In this document: piece by piece, positions 1 through 10,585 of the stretch
Layout of the letters: every line of letters begins with the position of its first letter
Position numbering within the stretch: position 1 is the stretch's first letter
From: Nitrospinales bacterium
GTDB taxonomy: Bacteria > Nitrospinota > Nitrospinia > Nitrospinales > VA-1
Reading direction: 5' to 3'
DNA: 64,000 nucleotides
Assembly: GCA_965223345.1 (NCBI GenBank)
Contig: CBDCWG010000012.1
Span: 1,888,001 to 1,952,000 of the forward strand
Notes under the pieces: generated by a model
Databases searched by the model: none
The model's input: the letters and a program-made list of their open reading frames with translations, nothing else
Told to the model about the DNA's origin: nothing
Program-made: the position numbers and the translations under genes

Positions 1-633
1 GGGCCGTATCTGGGGCGCACGACGCCGCGCCCGAGCATGTCGGTGGTGAAAAAAAAGAAAGGCATGTACGATTACTGGGCCGGCATGAACGATTTGATGT
101 GGGAGAAGAGCCACCCGGTCGATTTGAAATCGGGCGACCCGCTGCTCGCGAAAACCCGCACGCTCGTTTTTACCAGCGGCCCGGAGGAAACCCAGTATTA
201 CGATGCGCAGAGCGGAGACTGGCGCAACGCTTCGATTTGCCTGATGGACGACGACTGGCGTTCGATGAAGGGCAGCCAGTGGGTCTGGGTGCGCAAAGAG
301 CCGACGCTGGAGGAAGCCCGGACGGGCAGTCAGAACCGGTTCCGGCTTGAGTTCACGCTGCCGGTCACCAAGAGCGACGACATTTTGAAAGGGGAGCTGT
401 TCCTGCGTTCGGACGACGCCTGCCGCATCACCGTCAACGACGTGAGTCTCAAGCATGAGTACAACGGGGCCGGATACCCCGACCCCTTCCTCATCAAAAT
501 CGACAAATACCTGGCGCCGGGAGAGAACACGCTCGCCTTCGAGCTGAGCCAGTTCGCCCAACCGGACGCCCAGTCGCCGGAAGACAACCGGACGGGCCTG
601 ATCTACCGGCTGCATCTCGAATACCGCGTCTGA
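1..633 (+). CDS. Hypothetical protein, probably 5'-truncated by the window edge; C-terminal beta-sandwich (galactose-binding-like) domain
   Basis: Frame is open from base 1 (first ATG at 37) with host-like codon usage. 'WVW...FRLEF...LRSDD...VN...LAPGENTLAF' resembles jelly-roll sugar-binding domains. Confidence 0.6.
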   Translation, partial: GPYLGRTTPRPSMSVVKKKKGMYDYWAGMNDLMWEKSHPVDLKSGDPLLAKTRTLVFTSGPEETQYYDAQSGDWRNASICLMDDDWRSMKGSQWVWVRKEPTLEEARTGSQNRFRLEFTLPVTKSDDILKGELFLRSDDACRITVNDVSLKHEYNGAGYPDPFLIKIDKYLAPGENTLAFELSQFAQPDAQSPEDNRTGLIYRLHLEYRV

Positions 634-932
634 AGCGGGAAGCCGCCCCGCTTTCCCCGATCCTGCCAACGCCTTGCCGCCGATTTCTCTTTTCCATTCA
701 TGAATTTGATTTCAAGGGGTTTTTGCGTCTGATGCGGGTCGGCTTCCGGTCTGCTCTCATTCCTGTCTTTTGCGTGACAGGGAATGGAAAGGAAAGCGTG
801 TGGACTGGCTGCTTCGGGATTTCAAAAGCGGCGTCCCGTGCAAACCGGAGCGGCAAAAATAATTGAAATCTATATATTTTAGAGTGCCGGAGCATGCCGC
901 CGGAATGGGGCTTAACCCTTTCAAATCAAACA

Positions 933-960
933 TTGACAGGGTTAAGAAGGCTGATATAAT
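933..960 (+). promoter_or_regulatory. Sigma70-type promoter of the nuo operon
   Basis: TTGACA (933-938), 16-nt spacer, TGn-TATAAT (955-960): consensus -35 and extended -10. Confidence 0.8.
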
Positions 961-1139
961 CGCCACTTCCATCACGATCAGCCCCTTTCCCCGTGCGAGT
1001 GGCGAAAGGGTGCTACCATGATGAATGAAGGGATTCGGGCGGTCGCGGTTTGGATTGAATGGGGATCGCCCGGGGTTTGACCGATGCGAAACAGGGGCGG
1101 CGTTTTTGAATTGATCGGGCGCCGCCTGAAAGGACTCGA

Positions 1140-1483
1140 ATGACAGAGTATTTCTTTATCGCTGTCTTTGCGGTGGTGGCCCTCGTTGTCGTCGGAGGCT
1201 GCCTGTTTCTGTCCACCGTTCTGGGACCGAGGAACCCGACTCCGCAAAAATTGATCCCCTATGAGTGTGGTATAATTCCGACCGAAGAAGCCAAGGGGCG
1301 CTTTCCGGTGCGCTTTGCGACCATCGCCATGCTGTTCATCATATTTGATATCGAGGTGGTGTTCATGTACCCCTGGGCGGTCGCGCTCGATCAACTGGCG
1401 CTGTTCGGGCTGATCGAGATGCTCATTTTTATTTTCATTTTAGGCATCGCCTACGTTTACATCTGGGGGCGGGGAGGTTTGGA

Positions 1484-1493
<10 letters not shown>
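1140..1493 (+). CDS. nuoA: NADH-quinone oxidoreductase subunit A
   Basis: PYECG loop, [10 protein letters not shown], 3 TM helices; AAAGGA RBS. Confidence 0.97.
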
Positions 1494-2064
<571 letters not shown>

Positions 2065-2068
<4 letters not shown>

Positions 2069-2595
2069 CCGCGGAAGAGGTCATCGAAACCGCGACGCAG
2101 GCTCTGGGGGATAAGGTTCAAAAAGGCGAGGTCCATCTGGGCGACGCGATTTTGTTCGTGGGCCCCGAGTCTCTGCACGACGTCGCCCAGTACCTGAAAA
2201 CCGACCCGGCCATGCGGTTCGAATACCTTTCCGATATCCGCGGCGTCGATTACCTCGACCAGGACATCGAACCCCGGTTCGAGTCGGTCTACGAGCTGCA
2301 ATCCTTCGAGCACAACCAATCCGTTCGCATCCGCGTCGGCCTCGATGAAGACGCTCCCTCCGTACCGTCCGTTTCCGATTTGTGGAAAGGCGCGCTGTTC
2401 CCCGAACGCGAGCTGTTCGATATGTTCGGCTTCGACGTTCCCGGCCATCCGAATCTCAAGCGTCTGATCATGCCTGAGGAATGGGAAGGCCATCCTTTGC
2501 GCAAAGATTATCCGTTGACCATCGAGGATGTGGCGTTTTCCCACAACCGGGATTACAAGTCCGAACTGGTCAAATCCAAACCACCGACACGATAA
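2065..2595 (+). CDS. nuoC: NADH-quinone oxidoreductase subunit C
   Basis: ERELFDMFG...GHPNLKR...GHPLRKDYP. Confidence 0.97.
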
Positions 2596-2604
2596 GCCGA
2601 CGTC

Positions 2605-3804
2605 ATGGGTGTTACCGAACAAGGTCTTCTGGAGCGCGATAAAGACACGATGACCCTCAACATGGGGCCATCGCATCCCAGCACCCACGGGGTGTTCCGG
2701 GTGATCCTGGAAATGGACGGCGAGGTGGTGAAGACCGCCGAACCGGAGATCGGCTACCTGCACACCGGCATCGAGAAGACCTCCGAGAACAAACGCTACG
2801 TCCACGTCATCCCGATGACCGACCGGCTGGATTATCTGAATCCTCCCGGCAACAACCTCGCGTTCTGCCTCACGACCGAAAAACTTTTACAGTGCGAGAT
2901 CCCGACGCGGGCGCAGTATTTGCGCGTGATCATGTGCGAGCTGGCGCGCATCGGCAGTCATCTGGTGTGGCTGGCGACGCACGCGCTGGATATCGGCGCC
3001 ATGACGGTGTTCCTCTACTGCTGGCGCGAGCGCGAAATGATCCTGGACCTCAACGAGGAGGTGTCCGGGGTGCGCATGATGACGAGCTACATCCGCGTGG
3101 GCGGGGTCATGAAAGACGCCACGCCGCAGTGGCTGAACAACGTGCGCAAGTTCATCGACTATTTCCCGGCCAAGATCGACGAGTACGAGCGGCTGCTGAC
3201 CAAAAACCCCATCTGGCTCGACCGCACGCAGGGGATCGGCGCGATGACGCGGGAAGAGGCCCTCAACTGGAGCCTCAGCGGTCCGGCGCTGCGCGCCTCG
3301 GGCGTGAATTTCGATTTCCGCAAACAACGGCCGTACTGCAGCTACAACGATTTCAAATTCGACGTCCCGGTGGGGAAAAACGGCGATGTGTACGAGCGCT
3401 ACCTGCTGCGGGTCGAGGAGATGCGGCAGAGCCGCCGGATCATCCTGCAGGCGCTCGACAACCTGCCCGAAGGGCCGTACAAAGCCGAAGACAACAAGGT
3501 TTCCCTGCCGGACCGCAACACGCTGCACACCAGCATGGAGGCGTTGATCCATCATTTCAAACTGGTGTCGGAAGGGGTCAGCGTTCCCAAAGGCGAGACC
3601 TATGTGCCGACGGAAGGCCCGCGCGGGGAAGTGGGTTTTTACATCGTGAGCGACGGCAGCAACACGCCGTACCGTGTCAAACTGCGCGCGCCTTCGTTCA
3701 TCGCGATCCCCGGCATGTGCAAGATGATGGAAAATGCCTACATCGCCGATGTGGTGGCGGTGATCGGCAGCATCGATATCGTGATGGGGGAAGTGGATCG
3801 CTGA
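2605..3804 (+). CDS. nuoD: NADH-quinone oxidoreductase subunit D
   Basis: NMGPSHPSTHGV, GYLHTGIEK, DRLDY, C-terminal DIVMGEVDR. Confidence 0.98.
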   Translation: MGVTEQGLLERDKDTMTLNMGPSHPSTHGVFRVILEMDGEVVKTAEPEIGYLHTGIEKTSENKRYVHVIPMTDRLDYLNPPGNNLAFCLTTEKLLQCEIPTRAQYLRVIMCELARIGSHLVWLATHALDIGAMTVFLYCWREREMILDLNEEVSGVRMMTSYIRVGGVMKDATPQWLNNVRKFIDYFPAKIDEYERLLTKNPIWLDRTQGIGAMTREEALNWSLSGPALRASGVNFDFRKQRPYCSYNDFKFDVPVGKNGDVYERYLLRVEEMRQSRRIILQALDNLPEGPYKAEDNKVSLPDRNTLHTSMEALIHHFKLVSEGVSVPKGETYVPTEGPRGEVGFYIVSDGSNTPYRVKLRAPSFIAIPGMCKMMENAYIADVVAVIGSIDIVMGEVDR

Positions 3805-4274
3805 TGTTTGCGTTTTCAAAAGAATCCGAAGCTAAAATCGAAAAGATCCTGAAAAAGTATCCGACCAAGCAGTCGGCGCTGCTGCCCCTGTTGACGCTCA
3901 CGCAACGGCAGGAGCGTTACGTGAGCCCCGAGGCGATGCGGGAAATCGCCCGCAGGCTGGACGTGTCCCCCGGTTACGTGCAGTCGGTGGCTTCGTTTTA
4001 CACGATGTACTCGTTCGAGCCGGTCGGCAAATACATCATTCTGTTCTGCATCAACATCAGCTGTCAGCTCAACGGCTGCGACGCGCTTTTGGCCCACACG
4101 GCCAAAAAGCTGAATATCAAGCCCGGCGAGACGACCGCCGACAAGAAGTTCACGCTGAAGCGGGAGGAATGTCTGGCGGCCTGCACCGGCGCACCGATGA
4201 TGCGGATCAACGACACGTTTTACGAAAACCTGACCGAAAAGAGGATCGACGAGATCCTCGATTCTCTGGATTGA
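3804..4274 (+). CDS. nuoE: NADH-quinone oxidoreductase subunit E
   Basis: ATG overlaps the nuoD stop (TGATG); VASFYTMY, CINISC...CLAAC 2Fe-2S ligands. Confidence 0.95.
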   Translation: MFAFSKESEAKIEKILKKYPTKQSALLPLLTLTQRQERYVSPEAMREIARRLDVSPGYVQSVASFYTMYSFEPVGKYIILFCINISCQLNGCDALLAHTAKKLNIKPGETTADKKFTLKREECLAACTGAPMMRINDTFYENLTEKRIDEILDSLD

Positions 4275-4286
4275 AGCGGTGGCGGC

Positions 4287-5549
4287 ATGACCCAGATCCT
4301 GTTTAAGAACATCGACATGAAGGACCTCCACAAGATCGAGGTCTACGAAAAACAGGGCGGCTACAAGAGCCTCAAAAAAGCGTTCGCCAAAAAGCCCGAG
4401 GAGATCGTCGAGATGGTCAAAGCCTCGGGCCTGCGCGGCCGCGGCGGCGCCGGATTCCCGACCGGGCTCAAGTGGAGCTTTCTCGCCAAGGACGTGTTCC
4501 CGCGCTATCTCTGTTGCAACGCCGACGAGAGCGAACCGGGCACCTGCAAGGACCGCGAGCTTTTATTGAAAAACCCGCACCTGCTGATCGAGGGGATGAT
4601 CCTCTGCTCCTACGCCTGCCGCATCGAGACCGCCTACAACTACCTGCGCGGCGAGTTTTACGATCTGTGCGAGGTGTTTGAAGTGGCGCTCGAAGAGGCG
4701 TACAAAAAAGGCTATCTGGGGAAAAACATCCTCGGTTCCGGATTCAACCTGGATATCCACACGCACCTGGGTGCGGGAGCCTACATCTGCGGTGAGGAAT
4801 CGGCGCTGCTCAACTCGCTGGAAGGGCGGCGCGGCGAGCCGCGCATGAAGCCGCCGTTTCCGGCTGTGGAAGGGCTGTACGGCAAACCGACCGTCATCAA
4901 CAACGTCGAGACGCTGTGCGTGGTGCCCTACATCGTGAACGAGGGCGCGGAAAAATACGCGGCGCTGGGCACGGAAAAAAGCAAGGGCACCAAACTGGTC
5001 AGCGTGTCGGGCCATGTGAAAAAACCGGGAAACTACGAAGTGGTCATGGGAACGCCCACCAAAGAGATCATTTACGATATGGCGGGCGGCATCCGCGACG
5101 GCAATCAGCTCAAGGCGTTCATCCCCGGCGGCTCGTCGGTGCCGATGCTGCCGGCGGATCTGGTGGACACGCCCTACGACTACGAATCGATCCAGGCGGC
5201 GGGTTCCATGCTGGGATCGGGTGCGCTGATCGTCATCGACCACACGGTGAACGTGGTGGAGTCGGCGCTGCGGCTGGTGAGTTTTTACATGCACGAATCC
5301 TGCGGCAAATGCACACCGTGCCGCGAGGGCACGCGCTGGATGTGGCAGATCCTCAATCAGATCCACACAAATCACGGCGCATCCAAACAGGTTGCGGAAC
5401 TGGAAGACATCTGCGACAACATCAGCTTCAAATGCTTCTGCCCTTTGGGCGATGCGGCGGTGGCGCCGGTGGCCAGCTCGATCAAGAATTTCCGCGCCGA
5501 TTACGAAGAACTGCTGGGCCGGGTCGCGGCGGCGGAACACGCGGGTTGA
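4287..5549 (+). CDS. nuoF: NADH-quinone oxidoreductase subunit F
   Basis: GLRGRGGAGFPTG, NADESEPGT, GAYICGEE, ESCGKCTPCREG. Confidence 0.98.
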   Translation: MTQILFKNIDMKDLHKIEVYEKQGGYKSLKKAFAKKPEEIVEMVKASGLRGRGGAGFPTGLKWSFLAKDVFPRYLCCNADESEPGTCKDRELLLKNPHLLIEGMILCSYACRIETAYNYLRGEFYDLCEVFEVALEEAYKKGYLGKNILGSGFNLDIHTHLGAGAYICGEESALLNSLEGRRGEPRMKPPFPAVEGLYGKPTVINNVETLCVVPYIVNEGAEKYAALGTEKSKGTKLVSVSGHVKKPGNYEVVMGTPTKEIIYDMAGGIRDGNQLKAFIPGGSSVPMLPADLVDTPYDYESIQAAGSMLGSGALIVIDHTVNVVESALRLVSFYMHESCGKCTPCREGTRWMWQILNQIHTNHGASKQVAELEDICDNISFKCFCPLGDAAVAPVASSIKNFRADYEELLGRVAAAEHAG

Positions 5550-5559
5550 GGGATTGAAC

Positions 5560-8040
5560 ATGGCGGACGAAGAAATCACATTGACCATAGATGGGAAAAC
5601 CGTTTCGGTTCCCAAGGGCACCAAGGTCGTCGATGCGGCCGCGAAGGTGGACATCGAAATCCCGGTGTTCTGTTACCACCAGAAGCTCGGCTCTCTGGGC
5701 TGCTGCCGCATGTGCCTGGTGGAAGTGGAAAAGATGCCCAAGCTCATGACCGCCTGCACGCTGGACGTCGGGCCGGACATGGTGGTGAAGACCGACACGG
5801 ACCGGGTGGAAAAAGCGCAGAAAGGCGTGCTGGAATTCACGCTGCTCAACCATCCCTTGGACTGTCCGGTGTGCGACAAGGGCGGCGAGTGCCCGCTGCA
5901 GGACAACACGTTCAAATACGGTCCCGGCGACACGCGCATGGAATTCAAGCGCTACAACAACCTCAAGGCCGCGCCGCTGAGTCCCCTGATCACGCTGGAT
6001 CGGGAACGCTGCATCGCCTGCCAGCGCTGCACCCGTTACAGCGAGGTGATCGAGCAGGAGCGGGCTCTGGTCATGCTGAACCGCGGTTTCAACAACGAGA
6101 TCGGCACGTTCAACAACGAAGATTACGACACGCGGTTTTCCGGAAACGTGATCGACATCTGTCCCGTGGGGGCGCTCACCAACTCGCAGTTCCGTTTCAA
6201 GGCGCGCACCTGGGATCTCACCAATTCCAAGACCCTGTGCGCGCATTGCGGCGTCAACTGCAATATGACGATGGGCGTGCGCACCAACGAGTTCATGCGC
6301 ATCGAGTCGCGGCCCAACGATTACGTCGATGACGGCTGGATCTGCGACAAGGCCCGCTGGGGCTACGATTTCCTGAAGACGGGGCGGCGCATTCAGGAGG
6401 CGCGCACCACACTCGATGGCGGCAAAAAGACCGTCGGCATCCAGGAGGCGGCAGCGCAGGTGGCGCAGAGACTCAAAAAGATCGCCGAGGAGCACGGCCC
6501 AGAGAGCGTCGGGTTCATCGGTTCGCCGTACGGCACGAACGAAGAGCTGTATCTGTATCAGAAACTGTTCCGCGAACGGCTCGGCACCAACAACCTGGAC
6601 CACAAGACCTACGTGGATGCGCCGGGGCTGCCGGTCGATCATTTCGACCTCAACGATTGCGAAGATTCCAACCTGATCCTGTTGATCGCCAGCGATCCCA
6701 CCGAGGAACTGCCGGTGCTGGATCTGAGGATCAAAAAAGTGGCGACCCGCATGGCGGTTCCGCAAAGCAAGGTCTCTGTGGCGGTGCTCAACGATCAGGC
6801 CACCCAGATGGACCGCTACGCCGAGCTTTCCCTGCGCTACGACGTCGGATCGGACGGGCGCGTGTTTAAGGCGCTGCAGGACTGCCTGGGCGGCGGCAAG
6901 GCAGGCGGCGTCAAAGAGACCGGAATATCCGCGGACGATCTGAAAGCGCTGGTGGAAAAGATCCGTGCGTCGGCGAAGATCACCGTCATTTACAATCCCA
7001 AAGCCCTGACCGGCGATTCGGTGCATGCGCTCAAGCACCTGCTCGCGGCGATCGACGCTCTGGAAGGCGTGCATTGTGGCGCGATTCCGGCGGCGCCGGA
7101 GACCAATGCGGTGGGCGCGATGGACATGGGCGTGATGCCGGATCATTATCCGGGCGGCGTGCCCCTGTCCCAGGAAGCGGCCATCAAGGAAACCTGGGGC
7201 GACGAGGCCCCGACGCAGGCGGGATTGTCCGCGCTACAGATGATCGAAAAAGCCGCCTCCGGGAAATTGAAGGCGCTGCTCGTGCACCGGGCCAACCCGG
7301 TGGTGGATTTTCCCGGCGGCGACAAGGTGAAAGCGGCGCTCGGCAAGCTCGAGTTTCTGGTGGTGCACGACATGCTGGAAACCGAAACCTCAGAACTTGC
7401 GCATTGCGTGCTGCCCTCGAATGGGCCGGGTTTCGACGAAGGCACTACGACCAACATCGGCGGCCGCGTGCAGTTTCGCATGGGCGGGCTCAAATGCCCG
7501 AACCCGCCGGACTGGAAGATCATCTCACTGATGGCGCGGGCGCTGGGCGATGAAACCAATTATTTGACTTCTTTTTCCGTGACGGATGAGATCGCCAAAA
7601 GGGTTCCGGGTTACGGGGAGATCGGCAAACGCTCGATCAAGCAGATCGGCAAGCGGCGCGATGCGGTGTCTTTGAGCGGCGAGGCTTTACCGGCTGCCGG
7701 CGCGCCGCCGGCTCTCACCGATTCGGGCAGGATGAAACTGCGGGTCGCCACGGTGCTGTTCGAGCACGACAAGGTTCTGGATGCGTCCTCGAAACTCGCG
7801 CATCATTTTCAGCATTCGGTGGTGCATCTGCACGCCGACGATGCGAAAAAGCTCGGGCTGGGCGACGACGACGACGTGGTGGTCTCCGCAGGTGGCGCGG
7901 AAGTGCAGGCGCAGGTGGCGGTTTCCAATCGCTGCAATCCCGGCGCGGTGGTGCTGCCCCGGGTTTCGGACGAACAGGGAGTATCGGCGCTTGCGGACGG
8001 GGCCGGTCCCATCCACTGGGTGACGGTCCGCAAGGCTTAA
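5560..8040 (+). CDS. nuoG: NADH-quinone oxidoreductase subunit G (with N7-type CxxCxxxC motif)
   Basis: FCYH...CCRMCLVE, HPLDCPVCDKGGEC, CIACQRC, CPVGAL, CAHCGVNC...ICDK; start placed at ATG 5560 after the nuoF stop. Confidence 0.96.
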   Translation: MADEEITLTIDGKTVSVPKGTKVVDAAAKVDIEIPVFCYHQKLGSLGCCRMCLVEVEKMPKLMTACTLDVGPDMVVKTDTDRVEKAQKGVLEFTLLNHPLDCPVCDKGGECPLQDNTFKYGPGDTRMEFKRYNNLKAAPLSPLITLDRERCIACQRCTRYSEVIEQERALVMLNRGFNNEIGTFNNEDYDTRFSGNVIDICPVGALTNSQFRFKARTWDLTNSKTLCAHCGVNCNMTMGVRTNEFMRIESRPNDYVDDGWICDKARWGYDFLKTGRRIQEARTTLDGGKKTVGIQEAAAQVAQRLKKIAEEHGPESVGFIGSPYGTNEELYLYQKLFRERLGTNNLDHKTYVDAPGLPVDHFDLNDCEDSNLILLIASDPTEELPVLDLRIKKVATRMAVPQSKVSVAVLNDQATQMDRYAELSLRYDVGSDGRVFKALQDCLGGGKAGGVKETGISADDLKALVEKIRASAKITVIYNPKALTGDSVHALKHLLAAIDALEGVHCGAIPAAPETNAVGAMDMGVMPDHYPGGVPLSQEAAIKETWGDEAPTQAGLSALQMIEKAASGKLKALLVHRANPVVDFPGGDKVKAALGKLEFLVVHDMLETETSELAHCVLPSNGPGFDEGTTTNIGGRVQFRMGGLKCPNPPDWKIISLMARALGDETNYLTSFSVTDEIAKRVPGYGEIGKRSIKQIGKRRDAVSLSGEALPAAGAPPALTDSGRMKLRVATVLFEHDKVLDASSKLAHHFQHSVVHLHADDAKKLGLGDDDDVVVSAGGAEVQAQVAVSNRCNPGAVVLPRVSDEQGVSALADGAGPIHWVTVRKA

Positions 8041-8082
8041 GACGTTAGTTTTTGACAGGAAACACGCGCGGGAGACGCTATT

Positions 8083-9126
8083 TTGCAGGAAACCATCGTT
8101 GAATTCTGGGATGCGACGCTGAAGTTCATGGAGCCTGTGCTGGAGCCGGCTTTTCTCATCGGCACGGTCAAGGCCGCGGTGATCGCAGGCGCGTTGCTCG
8201 GCGTGGTCCCGGCACTGGTCTGGCTGGAGCGGCGGCTGATGGGGCGCTTCCAGGTCCGCCTGGGTCCCAACCGCGTGGGTCCTCTGGGACTGGGGCAGCC
8301 GTTCGCCGATTCCCTGAAGCTGTTGTTCAAGGAATCGATCATCCAGAAATCGGCGGACAAGTTTCTCTATCACCTGGCTCCGGCGGTGGTGGTGTTCACG
8401 GCGATCGTCACCTTCGCGGTGATCCCGTTCGGCGAGCCGCTCACCGTTTTCGGGCAGGAGATCGCCCTGTGGGGGGCCAACATCAATTCCGGGCTGCTGT
8501 TCGTGTTCGCCATATCTGGAATGGGGATCTACGGGATGGTGCTCGCGGGCCTGTCCTCGAATAACAAATACTCGCTCATGGGGGGCCTGCGCTCCTCGGC
8601 GCAGATGATCAGCTACGAGCTGACGCTGGGGCTTTCGGCGTTGAGCGTCATCGTGATGACCGGGTCGCTCAATCTCATCGACCTGGTGGAAAATCAGAGA
8701 TCCGGCTGGTTCATTTTCAGCCAGCCGCTGGCGTTTCTGCTGTTTTTCATCGCCGGGGTGGCGGAGACCAACCGCGCGCCGTTCGATCTTCCGGAGGCGG
8801 AGCAGGAGCTGGTGGCGGGGTTCCACACGGAATACACCGGCATGAAGTTCGCCATGTTTTTCATGGGTGAATACATCAATATGATCACCATGAGCGCGCT
8901 GGTGACGCTGTTGTTTCTGGGCGGGTGGGACGCCTATGGGTTACCGATATGGCCGATCATCGCGTTCGCCGGCAAGGTGTTCTTCCTGCTGTGCGTTTTC
9001 ATCTGGCTGCGCTCGACGTTCCCGCGCATCCGTTACGACCGGTTGATGACCTTCGGCTGGAAAGTGCTGCTGCCGTTGTGTCTGCTCAATCTGCTGGTCA
9101 CCGCGACGGTCGTGGTGCTGACATGA
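8083..9126 (+). CDS. nuoH: NADH-quinone oxidoreductase subunit H
   Basis: ERR...GPNRVGP, AQMISYE, ETNRAPFDLPEAEQELVAG; TTG start after GGAG. Confidence 0.97.
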   Translation: MQETIVEFWDATLKFMEPVLEPAFLIGTVKAAVIAGALLGVVPALVWLERRLMGRFQVRLGPNRVGPLGLGQPFADSLKLLFKESIIQKSADKFLYHLAPAVVVFTAIVTFAVIPFGEPLTVFGQEIALWGANINSGLLFVFAISGMGIYGMVLAGLSSNNKYSLMGGLRSSAQMISYELTLGLSALSVIVMTGSLNLIDLVENQRSGWFIFSQPLAFLLFFIAGVAETNRAPFDLPEAEQELVAGFHTEYTGMKFAMFFMGEYINMITMSALVTLLFLGGWDAYGLPIWPIIAFAGKVFFLLCVFIWLRSTFPRIRYDRLMTFGWKVLLPLCLLNLLVTATVVVLT

Positions 9127-9145
9127 TATTACACCCGAGGTGGTT

Positions 9146-9637
9146 ATGCTGAATGCCTTTTCAGGAATCAAAAATCTGTTGATCGGCATGGGGGTGACCT
9201 TCAAGAACATGGTTTCCAAGCCGGTCACCGTGCAGTATCCGGAGGTCAAGCGGACGATGCCGGAGCGCTACCGCGGACGGCATTTTCTCAACCGGGACGA
9301 GAACGGACTGGAGCGCTGCGTGGGTTGCAGCCTGTGCTCGATCAACTGCCCGGTGGGCTGCATCCACGTGGTTTCGGCGGAGAACACCGAGGAAAACCGG
9401 GTGTCGCCGGGGGAACGCTACGCCGCGGTGTACGAGATCAACCTGCTGCGCTGCATCTATTGCGGTTACTGCGAGGAAGCCTGTCCGGTGGACGCGGTGG
9501 TGCTGCGCGAGCATTACGAGCTGGCCGATTACGACCGCGACAAGTACATCGCGACGAAGGAAGACCTGCTGGTGTACCCGGAACCCAACGAGTTCCGGGT
9601 CAACATTCTGGGCAACACCCAGCGGGTCAAAAAATAA
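9146..9637 (+). CDS. nuoI: NADH-quinone oxidoreductase subunit I
   Basis: Two CxxCxxCxxxCP motifs; start at ATG 9146 or GTG 9140. Confidence 0.96.
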   Translation: MLNAFSGIKNLLIGMGVTFKNMVSKPVTVQYPEVKRTMPERYRGRHFLNRDENGLERCVGCSLCSINCPVGCIHVVSAENTEENRVSPGERYAAVYEINLLRCIYCGYCEEACPVDAVVLREHYELADYDRDKYIATKEDLLVYPEPNEFRVNILGNTQRVKK

Positions 9638-9650
9638 ATCACCGCTGTTC

Positions 9651-9681
9651 CCCGGACGCCGCTACAAGGGTCCGGGTTTTT
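9651..9681 (+). terminator. Intra-operon terminator-like hairpin between nuoI and nuoJ
   Basis: CCCGGAC (9651-9657) / GTCCGGG (9670-9676) followed by TTTTT. Confidence 0.45.
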
Positions 9682-9741
9682 GCGTGAGCGGGTTCCCGAA
9701 TGGGAAGCCGCCACATTAGGATTGACGGGAGGGATTGTACC

Positions 9742-10278
9742 GTGTTCGAGATCACCTATGATGTTGCGGTGATCATCCTGAGCTTCACCGCCGTTCTGGC
9801 GTCGTTCGGGGTGATCCTGTGTTCTTCGCCCATCTATTGCGCGTTGTATCTCATCGGCAACATGGTGTGCCTCGCTCTCCTGTTTTTGCTCTTCAACGCT
9901 GAATTCATCGCTGCGGTGCAGATCATCGTGTACGCGGGTGCGGTGATGATTCTGTTTCTGTTCATCATCGCTCTTCTGGGCGGTAAAAAGGAAATACAGG
10001 AAAACTCCGTCCAGAGAATGTCTGCGTTCACGTTTATCATTCTGTTGTTCGGCGAGTTGCTGATGGCCGCCACCGTGGGGCCGACCCGTCCCATCGAGGG
10101 CAATGTCGATGCCGAGGTCCTGACCCAGGTCGGCAGCGCCAAGGCGGTGGGGCTGGAGCTGTTTTCCAAGCACATGATCGCGTTCGAGCTCGCCTCCGCG
10201 CTGCTGCTGGTGGCGGCGGTGGGCATCATCTGTCTCGCAAAATTTTCATTTTCACCGGCCAGGAGGCAGACGCGATAA
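9742..10278 (+). CDS. nuoJ: NADH-quinone oxidoreductase subunit J
   Basis: AEFIAAVQIIVYAGAVMILFLF; GTG start at 9742 behind GGGAGG. Confidence 0.93.
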   Translation: MFEITYDVAVIILSFTAVLASFGVILCSSPIYCALYLIGNMVCLALLFLLFNAEFIAAVQIIVYAGAVMILFLFIIALLGGKKEIQENSVQRMSAFTFIILLFGELLMAATVGPTRPIEGNVDAEVLTQVGSAKAVGLELFSKHMIAFELASALLLVAAVGIICLAKFSFSPARRQTR

Positions 10279-10280
10279 TT

Positions 10281-10580
10281 ATGGAAAACCAACTCGTTCT
10301 GATCGTCAGCGCTTCCATATTCTGCATCGGCGCCGTGGGCTTCATGATCCGTAAGAACCCGCTCATCATGCTGATGTCGGTGGAATTGATGCTGAATGCG
10401 GTGAATTTTCTATTGATCGGTTATTCCAAATTTCTCCAGTCGCTGGACGGGCAGATCTTCGCCCTGATGATCATGACGGTGGCGGCGGCGGAGGTGGTGG
10501 TGGGTCTTGCGATCATCCTCACGATTTTTCGCACCCGCCGGGATCTCAATGTAGACCATATCGACGCGTTGAAGGGGTAG
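10281..10580 (+). CDS. nuoK: NADH-quinone oxidoreductase subunit K
   Basis: ELMLNAVN, VAAAEVVVGLA, C-terminal LKG. Confidence 0.97.
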   Translation: MENQLVLIVSASIFCIGAVGFMIRKNPLIMLMSVELMLNAVNFLLIGYSKFLQSLDGQIFALMIMTVAAAEVVVGLAIILTIFRTRRDLNVDHIDALKG

Positions 10581-10585
10581 GGCCT

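Noticed and set aside
2892..4274. 460-aa extended NuoE
   Set aside because: The upstream part overlaps nuoD out of frame; the real start is the coupled ATG at 3804.
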